Source: Caldisericota bacterium | GTDB lineage: Bacteria > Caldisericota > Caldisericia > UBA6126 > JAGPKI01 | Direction: 5' to 3' | Length of the DNA stretch: 60,537 bases | Assembly (NCBI GenBank): GCA_052034135.1 | Contig: JBPOJC010000013.1 | Span: 1 to 60,537, forward strand | In this document: positions 9,628 through 19,117 of the stretch, piece by piece | Layout of the letters: each line of letters begins with the position of its first letter | How positions within the stretch are numbered: the stretch's first letter is position 1 | Notes under the pieces: generated by a model | What the model was told of the DNA's origin: nothing | Databases searched by the model: none | The model's input: the letters and a program-made list of their open reading frames with translations, nothing else | Made by a program: the position numbers and the translations under genes

Positions 9628-10656
9628 ATGAATAATAGTAAGAGAAAAGCTAAAATTACTGCAATTTGTTCATATTTACCTGAGAAAGTATTAACCAATG
9701 AAGATTTAGTAAATGAATTTGAGGATTGGAGTATTGATAAAATCTACGATAAAACAGGAATAAAAGAAAGACATATTGCAGATGATAACGAATGCGCATC
9801 TGATCTTGGAGTTGTAGCTGCTAAAAGATTATTCAATGAAGGATTATGTAAACCTGAGGAAATTGATTTTCTTCTCTTCTGCACTCAAAGCCCTGATTAT
9901 TTTCTTCCAACCACAGCTTGTTTAATTCAAGATAGACTTGGTTTACCTAAAAGTTGCGGAGCATTTGATTTTAATTTAGGTTGTTCTGGATTTGTATATG
10001 GATTAAGTCTTGCAAAAGGATTTATTGAATCAAACCTTGCAAATAAAATTTTATTAATAACAGCTGAAACTTACTCAAAATATATTCATCCAAAAGATAA
10101 AAGTGTAAGAACAATTTTCGGAGATGGTGCAGCTGCTACATTAATTGAAGCAGTTGAATCTAATAATGAATTTATTGGACCATTTGTATTTGGAACAGAT
10201 GGAAGTGGAGCAGAGAATTTGATTGTTCCTACAGGTGGTTTAAGGCAGAAAAGAGATTCAAATTCATGTATAGAGTATACTGATAAATCAGGGAATGTCC
10301 GCTCTAAAGATAATTTATATATGAATGGTGTTGAAATCTATAATTTTACCTTAGGAACTGTCCCATCTGTTTTCAATTCTCTTCTAAAAAAAAGTGGTTA
10401 TTCGATAGATGAAATTGACTATTTTGTTTTCCACCAAGCAAATAAATTTATGCTTGAAGCTTTAAGGAAGAAATTAGGTATTTTACCTGAGAGATTTTAT
10501 AATAATATAGAAAATATTGGAAATACTGTATCATCAACAATACCAATTGCATTGGAGGAATTAATTAAAGAGAATAAATTAAAAGAAGGAAACAAAGTAA
10601 TGTTAATTGGCTTTGGAGTTGGTTACTCCTGGGCAGGAACAATAATAACTTTATAA
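9628..10656 (+). CDS. 3-oxoacyl-ACP synthase III-like (KAS III / FabH family)
   Basis: Cys-His-Asn triad motifs NLGCSGFVYGL, FHQANKFM and GNTVSSTIP. I place the start at the ATG at 9628 (MNNSKRKAKI) rather than the ORF-track 9562, which overlaps the upstream gene. Confidence 0.85.
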   Translation: MNNSKRKAKITAICSYLPEKVLTNEDLVNEFEDWSIDKIYDKTGIKERHIADDNECASDLGVVAAKRLFNEGLCKPEEIDFLLFCTQSPDYFLPTTACLIQDRLGLPKSCGAFDFNLGCSGFVYGLSLAKGFIESNLANKILLITAETYSKYIHPKDKSVRTIFGDGAAATLIEAVESNNEFIGPFVFGTDGSGAENLIVPTGGLRQKRDSNSCIEYTDKSGNVRSKDNLYMNGVEIYNFTLGTVPSVFNSLLKKSGYSIDEIDYFVFHQANKFMLEALRKKLGILPERFYNNIENIGNTVSSTIPIALEELIKENKLKEGNKVMLIGFGVGYSWAGTIITL

Positions 10657-10666
10657 AGGAGGACAA

Positions 10667-10891
10667 ATGAGTAAAGAAGAATTTCTGAAAAGTATGGCAG
10701 AAATATTAGAGTTAGATGAGGTTAACGAAAATTTAGAATTAGATGATGATATTTGGAATTCATTATCGATAGTTTCAACTATAGCTCTTATTGATGAAAA
10801 TTTTAACATTACAATAAGTGGAGATTTATTAAATAATTGTAAAACAATCGGAGATCTATGGAAACTCATAGAAGAAAAAATAAATCATTAA
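10667..10891 (+). CDS. acyl carrier protein-like
   Basis: 74 aa, acidic, four-helix length. Candidate phosphopantetheine Ser lies in DDDIWNSLSIVSTIALIDE. Flanked by two KASIII genes. Confidence 0.7.
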   Translation: MSKEEFLKSMAEILELDEVNENLELDDDIWNSLSIVSTIALIDENFNITISGDLLNNCKTIGDLWKLIEEKINH

Positions 10892-10892
10892 A

Positions 10893-11921
10893 ATGTTAAG
10901 AACTACATCAGAAAATGTAGAAATAAAAGGAATTGTTAGTGCTGTACCTAAAAACAAGGTTAACAATTTTGACCTTACTAATCTGTTTGAAAAAGAAGAA
11001 TTAGAAAAAACCATTAAATTAACAGGAGTAAAAAGTAGACATATAGCAACTGAACAAATTTGCACTTCTGATTTATGTGTTGCTGCAGCAAAAAACTTAT
11101 TAGATGATATTATTTGGGCTCCTGAAACGATTGATTGTTTGATTTTTGTATCACAAACTCCAGATTATATATTACCAGCAACTAGTTGCTCAATTCATCA
11201 AAGACTTAATCTTTCAAAAAACTGTGCTACTTTTGACGTTAATCTTGGTTGTTCGGGTTATGTTTACGGACTTTGGATTGCATCAAATTTGATGAGAAAT
11301 TCAGAAATAAAAAGATGCCTTTTGTTAGTTGGTGATACTATTAATCGTACTGTTTATCCAAAAGATAAAGCAACATCACTACTTTTTGGCGATGCTGGAA
11401 GTGCTACAGCTTTAGAACAATCTCATAATTCTGAATCACTTTATTTTGTTTTGGGAACTGATGGTTATGGAGCTAATAATTTAATTATACAAGGGGGGGG
11501 TTTCCGAAAACCTTATTATTTAGAGTATGATGAAGCAAAAAAACATCTCTATATGAATGGTGAAGAAATTTTTAATTTTACAATCCAAGTTGTCCCTGGC
11601 ATGATTGAAGATTTGTTAAAATATGCACAATTAGATAGAGAAAATGTTGATTATTTTGTTTTACACCAAGCAAATGAATTTATTATAAAACATTTAGCAA
11701 AGAAAGCTAAAATTTCTATTGAAAAGGTTCCAATTACTTTAAGTAATTTTGGAAATACAAGTTCTGCATCTATACCACTTACAATCTCTTCAGCCTTTTC
11801 TAAAGATTTATCAGAAAATAAACGAAAACTTATCATGTCTGGATTTGGTGTGGGATATTCATGGGCTTCAGTATTAGCTGATGTTGGCCCATTGGAATCT
11901 ATAAAATTAATAGAGGTATAA
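10893..11921 (+). CDS. second 3-oxoacyl-ACP synthase III-like protein
   Basis: Motifs NLGCSGYVYGL, LHQANEFI and GNTSSASIP give a complete Cys-His-Asn triad. Confidence 0.85.
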   Translation: MLRTTSENVEIKGIVSAVPKNKVNNFDLTNLFEKEELEKTIKLTGVKSRHIATEQICTSDLCVAAAKNLLDDIIWAPETIDCLIFVSQTPDYILPATSCSIHQRLNLSKNCATFDVNLGCSGYVYGLWIASNLMRNSEIKRCLLLVGDTINRTVYPKDKATSLLFGDAGSATALEQSHNSESLYFVLGTDGYGANNLIIQGGGFRKPYYLEYDEAKKHLYMNGEEIFNFTIQVVPGMIEDLLKYAQLDRENVDYFVLHQANEFIIKHLAKKAKISIEKVPITLSNFGNTSSASIPLTISSAFSKDLSENKRKLIMSGFGVGYSWASVLADVGPLESIKLIEV

Positions 11922-11922
11922 A

Positions 11923-12690
11923 ATGCATTTTAATCCTTATTCTTTAGAAGGTAAAACAATAATTGTCACTGGTGCATCATCTGGTATTGGCAGAGAATCA
12001 GCAATTATTTTTAGTAAGCTTGGAGCAAAAGTTATTCTTGTTGGAAGAAACGTTGAAAGACTTAATTTAACCTTACAAAACCTTGAAGAAAATAATCACT
12101 CAATGTACGAGTTTGATTTAACAAATCTCGACGAAATACCTGCCTTTATTAAAAAGGTTGCTAAAGAGCAGGGAGTATTATCTGGATTATTCCATTCAGC
12201 TGGTATTGAATCTATTATGACTCTTAATATGATTGATAGTTCCCGGATTGAATCAATGTTTAAGATAAATACTGCTTCTTCCATAATGTTAATAAAGGGG
12301 ATGAGTAGTAAAGAAGTTCGATCACCAAATCAGGTAAGTATTGTTATAATGTCTTCTGTTGCTGCTCTTACTGGAACCAGTGGTCGTTCAATTTATTCTT
12401 CGAGTAAAGCAGCTATTGATGGTGCAATAAGATCTCTTGCTTGTGAGCTTGCACCAAAAAGTATTCGGTTAAATTCTATAGGTGCTGGAACTATACAAAA
12501 TACTGGTATGTTTTCAAAATTTATTGCAAAACTTCCTGAAAATAAACTTAATGAAGATAAAAGCAAATACTTATTTGGATTTGGTTTACCTGAAGATGTA
12601 GCATACGCCGCTGCATTCCTTCTTTCAGATGCTTCAAAATGGATAACTGGCACAACATTAATTGTAGATGGTGGCTATACATGTCAATGA
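11923..12690 (+). CDS. SDR-family oxidoreductase (FabG-like ketoreductase)
   Basis: TGASSGIG cofactor motif and YSSSKAA (YxxxK) catalytic motif. 255 aa. Confidence 0.85.
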   Translation: MHFNPYSLEGKTIIVTGASSGIGRESAIIFSKLGAKVILVGRNVERLNLTLQNLEENNHSMYEFDLTNLDEIPAFIKKVAKEQGVLSGLFHSAGIESIMTLNMIDSSRIESMFKINTASSIMLIKGMSSKEVRSPNQVSIVIMSSVAALTGTSGRSIYSSSKAAIDGAIRSLACELAPKSIRLNSIGAGTIQNTGMFSKFIAKLPENKLNEDKSKYLFGFGLPEDVAYAAAFLLSDASKWITGTTLIVDGGYTCQ

Positions 12691-12730
12691 ATAAAATAAT
12701 TATTATTTTATAAATAAAGGAGGTGGATAA

Positions 12731-13360
12731 TTGAGGAAGCTTATAGTCATTGGTGAAGGAGGCTTTGGAAAAGAGGTAACTTGCTGGGCAAAACAATGTA
12801 AAGAATATGGTAGTGAATGGCTACTTGAGGATTATATCGATATAGGCTCAGAAAAAAGGGAGAACTCTTTTCAATCTGATGAGGTTTTAGATAAAATCGA
12901 AAAGTATAAGCCTCTCTCTGATTTTGTGTTTTCAGTAGCAGTTCAATCCCCAAAGATTAAACTACAAATCGCAGATAATTTTATAAGTAAAGGGGTAACC
13001 TTTATAAATTTGATACATCCTACAACTGTAATTGGTGAAGATGTTAATTTAGGCATTGGATGCATTCTGTGCCCTTATGTTGTCCTTTCTTCTAATTTAA
13101 TGATAAATAATTTCGTTATCTTCAATACATACTCATATGCAAGCTATGATTCTGAAATTGGTGATGGTTGCACAATAAATCCGCATTGTGGTGTAATGAT
13201 TTCTGCTAAATTAGGAAAAGGTGTTTTTATGGGAAGCAGTTCTATTGTTTTTCCTCGTAAATCAGTTGGTAATTTTGCGTTTATTGGTGCGGGATCAGTT
13301 GTGCTAAATAATGTAAAGGAGAATGAAAAAGTTTTTGGGGTTCCAGCAAGAAGAATTTAA
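12731..13360 (+). CDS. left-handed beta-helix (hexapeptide) acyl/acetyltransferase, NeuD/PglD-like
   Basis: TTG start behind AAGGAGGTGG. N-terminal VIGEGGFGKEV Rossmann-like domain followed by hexapeptide repeats. Confidence 0.8.
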   Translation: MRKLIVIGEGGFGKEVTCWAKQCKEYGSEWLLEDYIDIGSEKRENSFQSDEVLDKIEKYKPLSDFVFSVAVQSPKIKLQIADNFISKGVTFINLIHPTTVIGEDVNLGIGCILCPYVVLSSNLMINNFVIFNTYSYASYDSEIGDGCTINPHCGVMISAKLGKGVFMGSSSIVFPRKSVGNFAFIGAGSVVLNNVKENEKVFGVPARRI

Positions 13361-13775
13361 AGAACTAAATGAAAATATTATCGGGGTTGGCATTGATATT
13401 GAGCCGATTAGTAGATTTAAGAATATTTTCTCTATAATAAATAGCGGAAGACTGAATAAATTGTTTTATCCATCCGAAATAGAATATTGCAAATCTTCAC
13501 ATTTCCCCGAGAGGGAATTAGCAAAGTTTTGGTGCTTAAAAGAAGCCACAGTAAAAGCATTTTCTGGCATTTGTGAATTGAATATTTTTGATGTAGAAAT
13601 AAAAAATTTATATCCAGTAAGTGTAATATTTCATTCAAAAGACGAAATAATTACCAACGAAAATTATAAAATTTATGCTTCTTTTTCAATAGCAGAACGA
13701 ATAGTTATAGCAATCTCAATACTAGAATTATCTAAATTTACAATTAATGTATCTTATGTAGATTCGCAAATATAA
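13323..13775 (+). CDS. 4'-phosphopantetheinyl transferase (AcpS-type)
   Basis: GVGIDIEPISRF and WCLKEATVKA motifs. The start is uncertain because the ORF overlaps the upstream gene by 38 nt. Confidence 0.65.
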   Translation: MKKFLGFQQEEFKELNENIIGVGIDIEPISRFKNIFSIINSGRLNKLFYPSEIEYCKSSHFPERELAKFWCLKEATVKAFSGICELNIFDVEIKNLYPVSVIFHSKDEIITNENYKIYASFSIAERIVIAISILELSKFTINVSYVDSQI

Positions 13776-13848
13776 TAAAATTATAATTATGACTAAAATA
13801 TTAATGTTTCAAAAATAGATAAGTAAAGAGGAGATTGATTTTAATTCA

Positions 13849-14505
13849 ATGAAAAAAATTATAATAGTTGGTGCTGGTGGCTTTGGAAGAGAACTATATT
13901 CATGGATTTCTGATTGTAAAGAAATTAGAGAAAAATACATGATAAAAGGATTTATAGATGATAACAAAAATACTTTAAATAATTACCGAAAATATAGTGA
14001 TATACCAATTATTGGAAGCATTAAAGACTATATACCATCAGAAGATGAATTGTTCGCTATAGGCTTAGGCTTACCAAAAGTAAAATTTAAATTAGTTAAT
14101 ATTCTTAGGAGTCGTGGTGCTGAATTTATATCTATAATACATCCGACTGCAGTTATAGGTAAAAATACTTCAATTGGTAAAGGGTCAATTATATGTCCAG
14201 GCGTAGTTATAGCTTGCGATATAACGATTGGTGAATTTGTAACGATAAATGTTAATTCAACGGTTGGACATGATGTTTCAATCGGAGACTTTACAACTTT
14301 AAGTGGTCACTGTGACGTAACTGGATTTGCTAAGCTTGAAATGGGTGTATTTATGGGAACTCATGCTTCTGTTTTACCTGGTATTACTGTTGGTGAATTT
14401 TCAACTATTGGTGCTGGCAGTGTTGTAATTAAAGACATAGAATCAAACGTAACATCTTTTGGTAATCCTGCAAAAATCATTAAAAAAAATAATATTGGAG
14501 AATAA
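13849..14505 (+). CDS. sugar N-acetyl/acyltransferase, NeuD/PglD family (hexapeptide)
   Basis: IVGAGGFGREL N-domain plus C-terminal hexapeptide repeats. 218 aa. Confidence 0.8.
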   Translation: MKKIIIVGAGGFGRELYSWISDCKEIREKYMIKGFIDDNKNTLNNYRKYSDIPIIGSIKDYIPSEDELFAIGLGLPKVKFKLVNILRSRGAEFISIIHPTAVIGKNTSIGKGSIICPGVVIACDITIGEFVTINVNSTVGHDVSIGDFTTLSGHCDVTGFAKLEMGVFMGTHASVLPGITVGEFSTIGAGSVVIKDIESNVTSFGNPAKIIKKNNIGE

Positions 14506-14508
14506 AAA

Positions 14509-15624
14509 ATGAATAAAATCACTATGTCTTCTGCTGAGTTAGATGAATCAGATATTCAGGCAGTGTTGGAAGTATTGCAGTCAGGAAGAATTGCTTTAGG
14601 ACCAAAAGCTACTGAATTTGAAGAGAGCATTGCTAAATATGCTGGTTTAGAATATGCAGTTGCTGTTAGCTCTGGGACTGCTGGGTTACATATATTAGTA
14701 AGATCTTTAGGAATTGGTCCTGGGGATGAGGTATTGGTTCCTTCTTTTACTTTTGCATCAACTGTAAATGTTATTCTTTATGAGAGGGCTACTCCAGTAT
14801 TTGTGGATATTGAGCCTGAAACATATAACATTAATACTACTGATTTAGAAAGAAAGATTACTAACAAAACAAAGGCAATTATCGCTGTGGATGTATTTGG
14901 TCACCCTGCAGAATGGGACGAGATATTAAGAATTGCAGAAAAGTATAATTTAAAAGTTGTTGATGATTCTTGCGAAGCAATAGGAGCTGAATATAGGGGT
15001 AAGAAACTGGGGCAATTCGGGGAGGGGGCATGCTTTGCATTTTACCCGAATAAACAAATCACCACAGGAGAGGGTGGAATTATTGTTACTAATAATCCAG
15101 AAATAGCAAAAATAGCTATGAGCCTACGAAATCAGGGTAGGGATGATATGAATGCATGGCTTCACCATGATAGATTAGGATATAATTACAGAATGGATGA
15201 AATGTCTGCTGCTCTCGGAGTATCGCAGCTTAAGAGAATTGATTCATTCTTAGCAAAGAGAGAGAAAGTTGCAAATATGTATACTGAGAGACTAAAGAAA
15301 TATTCATGGGTAAGAGCACCTATTGTAAAACCTTATGTAAAAATGAGCTGGTTTATATATGTGGTTACTTTGGCAGAGGGACTGAACAGGGATTTAGTTA
15401 TGAAGGAGATGGAGAAAGAAGGAATACCTACAAGGGGATATTTCTCTCCGATTCATTTGCAGCCTTATGTAAGAGAAAGACTTGGCAATCGGAAAGGAGA
15501 ACTACCAATTACTGAGGATATTTCTAATAGGACTCTTGCACTGCCGTTCCATAATAATTTGAGCAAGGAAGAGGTGTCTGTTGTTGTGGAGACACTAAGG
15601 AAGGTAGTGGAGAGGAGGGGATAA
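14509..15624 (+). CDS. DegT/DnrJ/EryC1/StrS-family sugar aminotransferase (PglE-like)
   Basis: 371 aa. PLP-lysine context FYPNKQITTGEGG. Typical N-terminal L..G....G....FE block. Confidence 0.9.
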   Translation: MNKITMSSAELDESDIQAVLEVLQSGRIALGPKATEFEESIAKYAGLEYAVAVSSGTAGLHILVRSLGIGPGDEVLVPSFTFASTVNVILYERATPVFVDIEPETYNINTTDLERKITNKTKAIIAVDVFGHPAEWDEILRIAEKYNLKVVDDSCEAIGAEYRGKKLGQFGEGACFAFYPNKQITTGEGGIIVTNNPEIAKIAMSLRNQGRDDMNAWLHHDRLGYNYRMDEMSAALGVSQLKRIDSFLAKREKVANMYTERLKKYSWVRAPIVKPYVKMSWFIYVVTLAEGLNRDLVMKEMEKEGIPTRGYFSPIHLQPYVRERLGNRKGELPITEDISNRTLALPFHNNLSKEEVSVVVETLRKVVERRG

Positions 15625-15627
15625 AAG

Positions 15628-16221
15628 ATGGTCTGGATCCCCAATTAAGTTAGGGATGACAGTTGTGTAGATTTTGGGGTTGACAGTTGTGTTGAGTTCG
15701 GGGATGACAGAGGCGGTCATTCCCGCGATTCTTCTTGTCATTCCCATGAAAATGGGAATCCAGGAATAAAAAGAAGGATAGATCCTCGATAGAAGAATTC
15801 GAGGATGACAAGAAACAGACAGGAATGTCTATTCTACAAAAAAATGATTAGATGAGGAGATTCTTCGCTTCGCTCAGAATGACGGTGCGTGGCACTGAGA
15901 TTCCTTAGGACATGTGCGAAAATACCGCACTTCAGAAAGACAAGCTAAATGTCATTCCCGCGAAAGCGGGAATCCAGGGGAAAAAAGAATATAGATCCCC
16001 GATAAAGACATTCGGGGATGACAGTTGTGTGTAATTGAGGATGACAGTTTTTAGTTTGGATCCCCGATAAAAGATTCCAGGGATGAGAGTTGTGTGGAGT
16101 TCAGGGATGACAAATACTGAGATTCTTAAGGACGTATGCGAGAATTCCGCACTTCAGAATGACGGTGCGTGGCACTGAGATTCCTCAGTAAGAGTGCGAA
16201 AAGACCGCACCTCAGAAAGAC
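15628..16221 (+). repeat. mosaic hairpin-module repeat array R1
   Basis: Starts 3 nt after the DegT stop codon. Module order by eye: B, b-half x2, A (duplicated form), B, C, D, E, A, B, b-half, B, b-half, E, E. Module definitions are in the findings. Confidence 0.9.
15951..15977 (+). repeat. reference copy of module A (8-bp stem, GAAA loop)
   Basis: gtcATTCCCGCgaaaGCGGGAATccag. The identical core occurs 11 times in the window, always in this orientation. Confidence 0.95.
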
Positions 16222-16270
16222 ACCCTTCCTCCTCTTCCTTTACAGAAAAACTCCAAGGCAAGCTTAGAAG

Positions 16271-16299
16271 TTGAACACTACTACTAATTGGAGTAAAAT
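16271..16299 (+). promoter_or_regulatory. sigma70-type promoter of the MntA-HepT cassette (conserved promoter module)
   Basis: TTGAAC (16271-16276), 17-nt spacer, TAAAAT (16294-16299). It lies inside a 57-bp segment that is 55/57 identical to 22001-22057. Confidence 0.5.
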
Positions 16300-16373
16300 C
16301 ATTACTAATAAAAGGGTTTTAAAATTGAGAGATTTATAAATCCTTTGCCGTTTGAAAGTAAGGAGTAATGTAA

Positions 16374-16673
16374 GTGAAAGATTTAAGCAGAGACAAGCTT
16401 GAAGAGATAAAAGATATAATCATTAAAGTGTTAAAAAAGCATAATGTAAAGAAGGCTGCTATCTTTGGTTCGGTAGCAAGAGGAGAAGCCACTGAAGAGA
16501 GTGATATAGATATAGTAATTGAATTTGAAGGTAGAAAAAGTCTGTTAGACCTTGTAGATTTGAAACTGGAACTTCAGGAATTATTGGGGAAAAAGGTGGA
16601 TGTTATTACCTATAATTCTATTAATCCACTACTTAAGGAACAAATACTAAACGAACAAAAAATACTTCTGTGA
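16374..16673 (+). CDS. mntA: nucleotidyltransferase antitoxin (MntA-type)
   Basis: 99 aa. GSVARGEATEESDIDIVI is the minimal NTase G-S..(D/E)xD motif. Overlaps the downstream DUF86 ORF by 4 nt. Confidence 0.85.
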   Translation: MKDLSRDKLEEIKDIIIKVLKKHNVKKAAIFGSVARGEATEESDIDIVIEFEGRKSLLDLVDLKLELQELLGKKVDVITYNSINPLLKEQILNEQKILL

Positions 16674-16915
16674 AAAAAGATGCAGTAATATTCTTAGAGC
16701 ATATATTAGAATGTATTAATTTAGTTGAAGAATATACTGAAAATAATACATTAGAGGATTTCTTTAGCTCAATACAACTTCAGGATTCAATTATCCGTCG
16801 AATAGAAATAATTGGTGAAGCAGTTAGAAATATTCCAGAGGAAATAAAGTATAAACATCCAGAAATACCATGGAAGGAAGTAGCGGGTATGCGATCAATT
16901 TATGCTTCTTTATAG
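16670..16915 (+). pseudogene. hepT: HepT (DUF86/HEPN) toxin, 3'-truncated before the Rx4-6H motif is completed
   Basis: IIGEAVRNIPEEIKYKHPEIPWKEVAGMR is a typical DUF86 core. After GMR the sequence diverges (SIYASL, then stop), and the expected N.L.H.Y is missing. Confidence 0.75.
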
Positions 16916-17106
16916 AATTGCAGAAATTCTTCTCTGGATACATTTATTTGATTACATATAGTTCTAAGTGTAGAACCTTTGATTCTTTTATGATTTGGGA
17001 TTGTTAAAGGTGTTTTTGAACCATCATCATTGAATCGTACCATTGAAATATGATTACCTTCTCGGACAATGGTAAAGCCTAATTTCTCAAGTGTTTTTAT
17101 TACTTT
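16900..17106 (-). pseudogene. hicA: HicA/YcfA-like toxin without a usable start (in-frame TAA at 17107-17109)
   Basis: Minus-strand translation is KVIKTLEKLGFTIVREGNHISMVRFNDDGSKTPLTIPNHKRIKGSTLRTICNQINVSREEFLQFYKEA. Upstream in frame is ..FPKDAPK, then a stop. Absent from the ORF track because it has no Met. Its stop codon (16900-16902) lies inside the truncated hepT ORF. Confidence 0.65.
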
Positions 17107-17135
17107 TTACTTTGGTGCATCTTTGGGAAAATTCT

Positions 17136-17351
17136 TTAAACAGAAACTTCTGCAACAAAAGCTTCAAGAATATTATAAGAATCTATTACATCATCTGAGA
17201 ATGTCTCAATATGAAATTTAATTGCAGATTTAACATCTTCAACAGCTTCTTCGTATGTATCACCTTCACCGATAACAACACCTTTTATTCCAACGGGATA
17301 TGCTACATAGCCATCTGGATGTTTTTCAACAACAATTTTTATTTCTCTCAC
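17136..17351 (-). CDS. hicB: HicB-family antitoxin (UPF0150 fold)
   Basis: 71 aa. DGYVAYPVGIKGVVIGEGDTYEEAVEDVKSAIKFHIE is typical of short HicB proteins. Located directly upstream of the HicA-like remnant. Confidence 0.8.
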   Translation of the reverse strand: MREIKIVVEKHPDGYVAYPVGIKGVVIGEGDTYEEAVEDVKSAIKFHIETFSDDVIDSYNILEAFVAEVSV

Positions 17352-17499
17352 TCTTTCCCTCTATTTATATTTTTTTTAAACACTCACATATGTATAAAAT
17401 TTATTATGTAATTATTTTTTTATTTGTATAAATTATACATCAATTTATATCTTACCAATTAATATTATTTTGATTTGTTTGTGGAAAGTGTTTGTTGAG

Positions 17500-17850
17500 A
17501 AAGCGAAGAGAAATACAGAGATTCTTCGCTTCGCTCAGAATGACCCCAATCGTCTTCTTGAGAGAGCATATTATTATTTTACGACCGAAGGATCTCCTTT
17601 TCTCAGAAATGCAAAAATGAGGAGATTCTTCAGGACGTGTGCGAGAATACTGCACTTCAGAATGACAGCGCATGGCACTAAGATTCCCTCAGGGCGTGTG
17701 CGAAAATACCGCACTTTGGAATGATGGGGGACAGGGCACGGATATACCCTCGTGACGGATGCAATAACGCTGCACTTTGGAATGACAGCAGGCGCGTTAC
17801 GGAGCATACTACCACGAATTGCAGAATTTTACGCCTTGCAAGAGTTTTAA
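17500..17850 (+). repeat. mosaic hairpin-module repeat array R2
   Basis: Module order D, G, E, E, then two degenerate E-type units. All ORF-track ORFs here (17452..17807, both strands) are translations of repeats. Confidence 0.85.
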
Positions 17851-18023
17851 AGACGGAGGTTTATTTGTAACAAGATAAAGAAAAACGAGAAGCATGAAGC
17901 AATAAAGTTGATAAACGAAGTAGTGAATATATAATAGAGTTGATCGAAATATTTAATGCTGAAAATGTAATTTATTAATAACAAAAATACAGCTAAAAGG
18001 GAGAGGAGAGATAAGTTAAACTC

Positions 18024-18293
18024 ATGGATAATAAAATAACTTTGGAGCAAGCAGAGCAATTGGTGGCACAATTAACATTACAGGAACAAATTAAACTAAT
18101 AGCACATATGAGTGAATGGTTAAGTAAAATGGGTTTATCAGAGAAATCTGAAGAAATTTGGCGACAAAGTTATGCCACACAAGTGGGAGCATTTCTGAAG
18201 ATGAGCGAAGAAATGGCAGCTGAAACTATAAGAGAAGTGGACTCAACAGAAGACATTCGTCAAATACGTGAGGAGAGAACATTAAGACTATGA
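18024..18293 (+). CDS. putative antitoxin of the downstream PIN toxin
   Basis: 89 aa, acidic and helical. 4-nt overlap with the PIN ORF. The call rests on position only. Confidence 0.45.
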   Translation: MDNKITLEQAEQLVAQLTLQEQIKLIAHMSEWLSKMGLSEKSEEIWRQSYATQVGAFLKMSEEMAAETIREVDSTEDIRQIREERTLRL

Positions 18294-18724
18294 CTGAGCA
18301 ATGCATAGATGCCAGTATTGCGGTCAAATGGGCAGTAAAAGATGAACCTTTTCGTTCTAAGGCACATGAACTTCTCAGAGATGCTGGAATAAATGGAATT
18401 AGACTTATTGCACCACCAATTTTTATCAGCGAAATAGATAGTGTCATTAGAAAACGTGTTTTTGATAAAAAAATGATAGCTATTGAGGCATAGAAAGCAT
18501 ATGCTATTCTGGATTTAGCACCTGTAGAGATTGTAAATATAATCTGTGTTCGACAACGTACCCGCGAGATAGCAGAGCAGTTTAACCAGCGATTCGTTTA
18601 TGATGCCACGTATGCTGCGCTTGCTGAATTGCGTAATTGTGAATTTTGGACTGCGGATAAAACTTTTTATGATGAGGTAAAAACAAAATTGACATTCGTA
18701 AAATATCTTCCAGATTATCCATAA
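18290..18724 (+). pseudogene. vapC: VapC-type PIN toxin interrupted by an in-frame TAG (18491-18493)
   Basis: N-terminal part is IDASIAVKWAVKDEPF. After the amber codon the same frame continues KAYAILDLAPVEIV...YDATYAALAELRNCEFWTADKTFY, with the conserved acidic residues of PIN domains, to the stop at 18722-18724. Confidence 0.75.
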
Positions 18725-18822
18725 TTCTAAGGGAGCTTATACAGTAACCAACAAAATATACTTAGAGGAATTATAGGTAGTCTGAATAGAAAATTCTGCA
18801 AAAGATATTACAACTCTCTCCT

Positions 18823-18841
18823 GTCACTCTGAGGGAGCGTA
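18823..18841 (+). repeat. isolated 5' half of a G-type repeat module
   Basis: gtcactctgagggagcgta. It marks the point where homology of the 18902 gene to its paralogue at 34193 is lost. Confidence 0.6.
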
Positions 18842-18901
18842 TTTAATGTTCATACAACTTATAGTTACTGGGATTTAATTACTACTGTTAAACATCCAAT
18901 T

Positions 18902-19117
18902 ATGCAAGGAAAGGAACTTGAAATAAAAGAAACTTTGCAATCTCCAGATGAAGTGAGGAGAAGTCGTATAGATGCAGAAATATATTTATTTTATAAATCA
19001 ACAGATTTAAATCAGTTTTTATGTGCTGTAGTGAAAAGAGAAATAAATGAAGGTTTCTTGGTTACGGCATATATAACTGGTAAAATTAAAGAAGGTGATA
19101 GAATATGGACCAAATGA
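18902..19117 (+). CDS. small toxin-like protein, 5'-truncated paralogue of 34193..34507 (partner of DUF2283)
   Basis: LQSPDEVRRS..LFYKS..FLCAVVK..FLVTAYITGKIKEGDRIW parallels IQNPDIIVRS..LFYRY..YLCIVVK..FIITACFTDTIKKGEVLW. The upstream in-frame sequence (..WDLITTVKHPIM) is still homologous to ..HIEADHPEM, then runs into a repeat fragment. Confidence 0.6.
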   Translation: MQGKELEIKETLQSPDEVRRSRIDAEIYLFYKSTDLNQFLCAVVKREINEGFLVTAYITGKIKEGDRIWTK

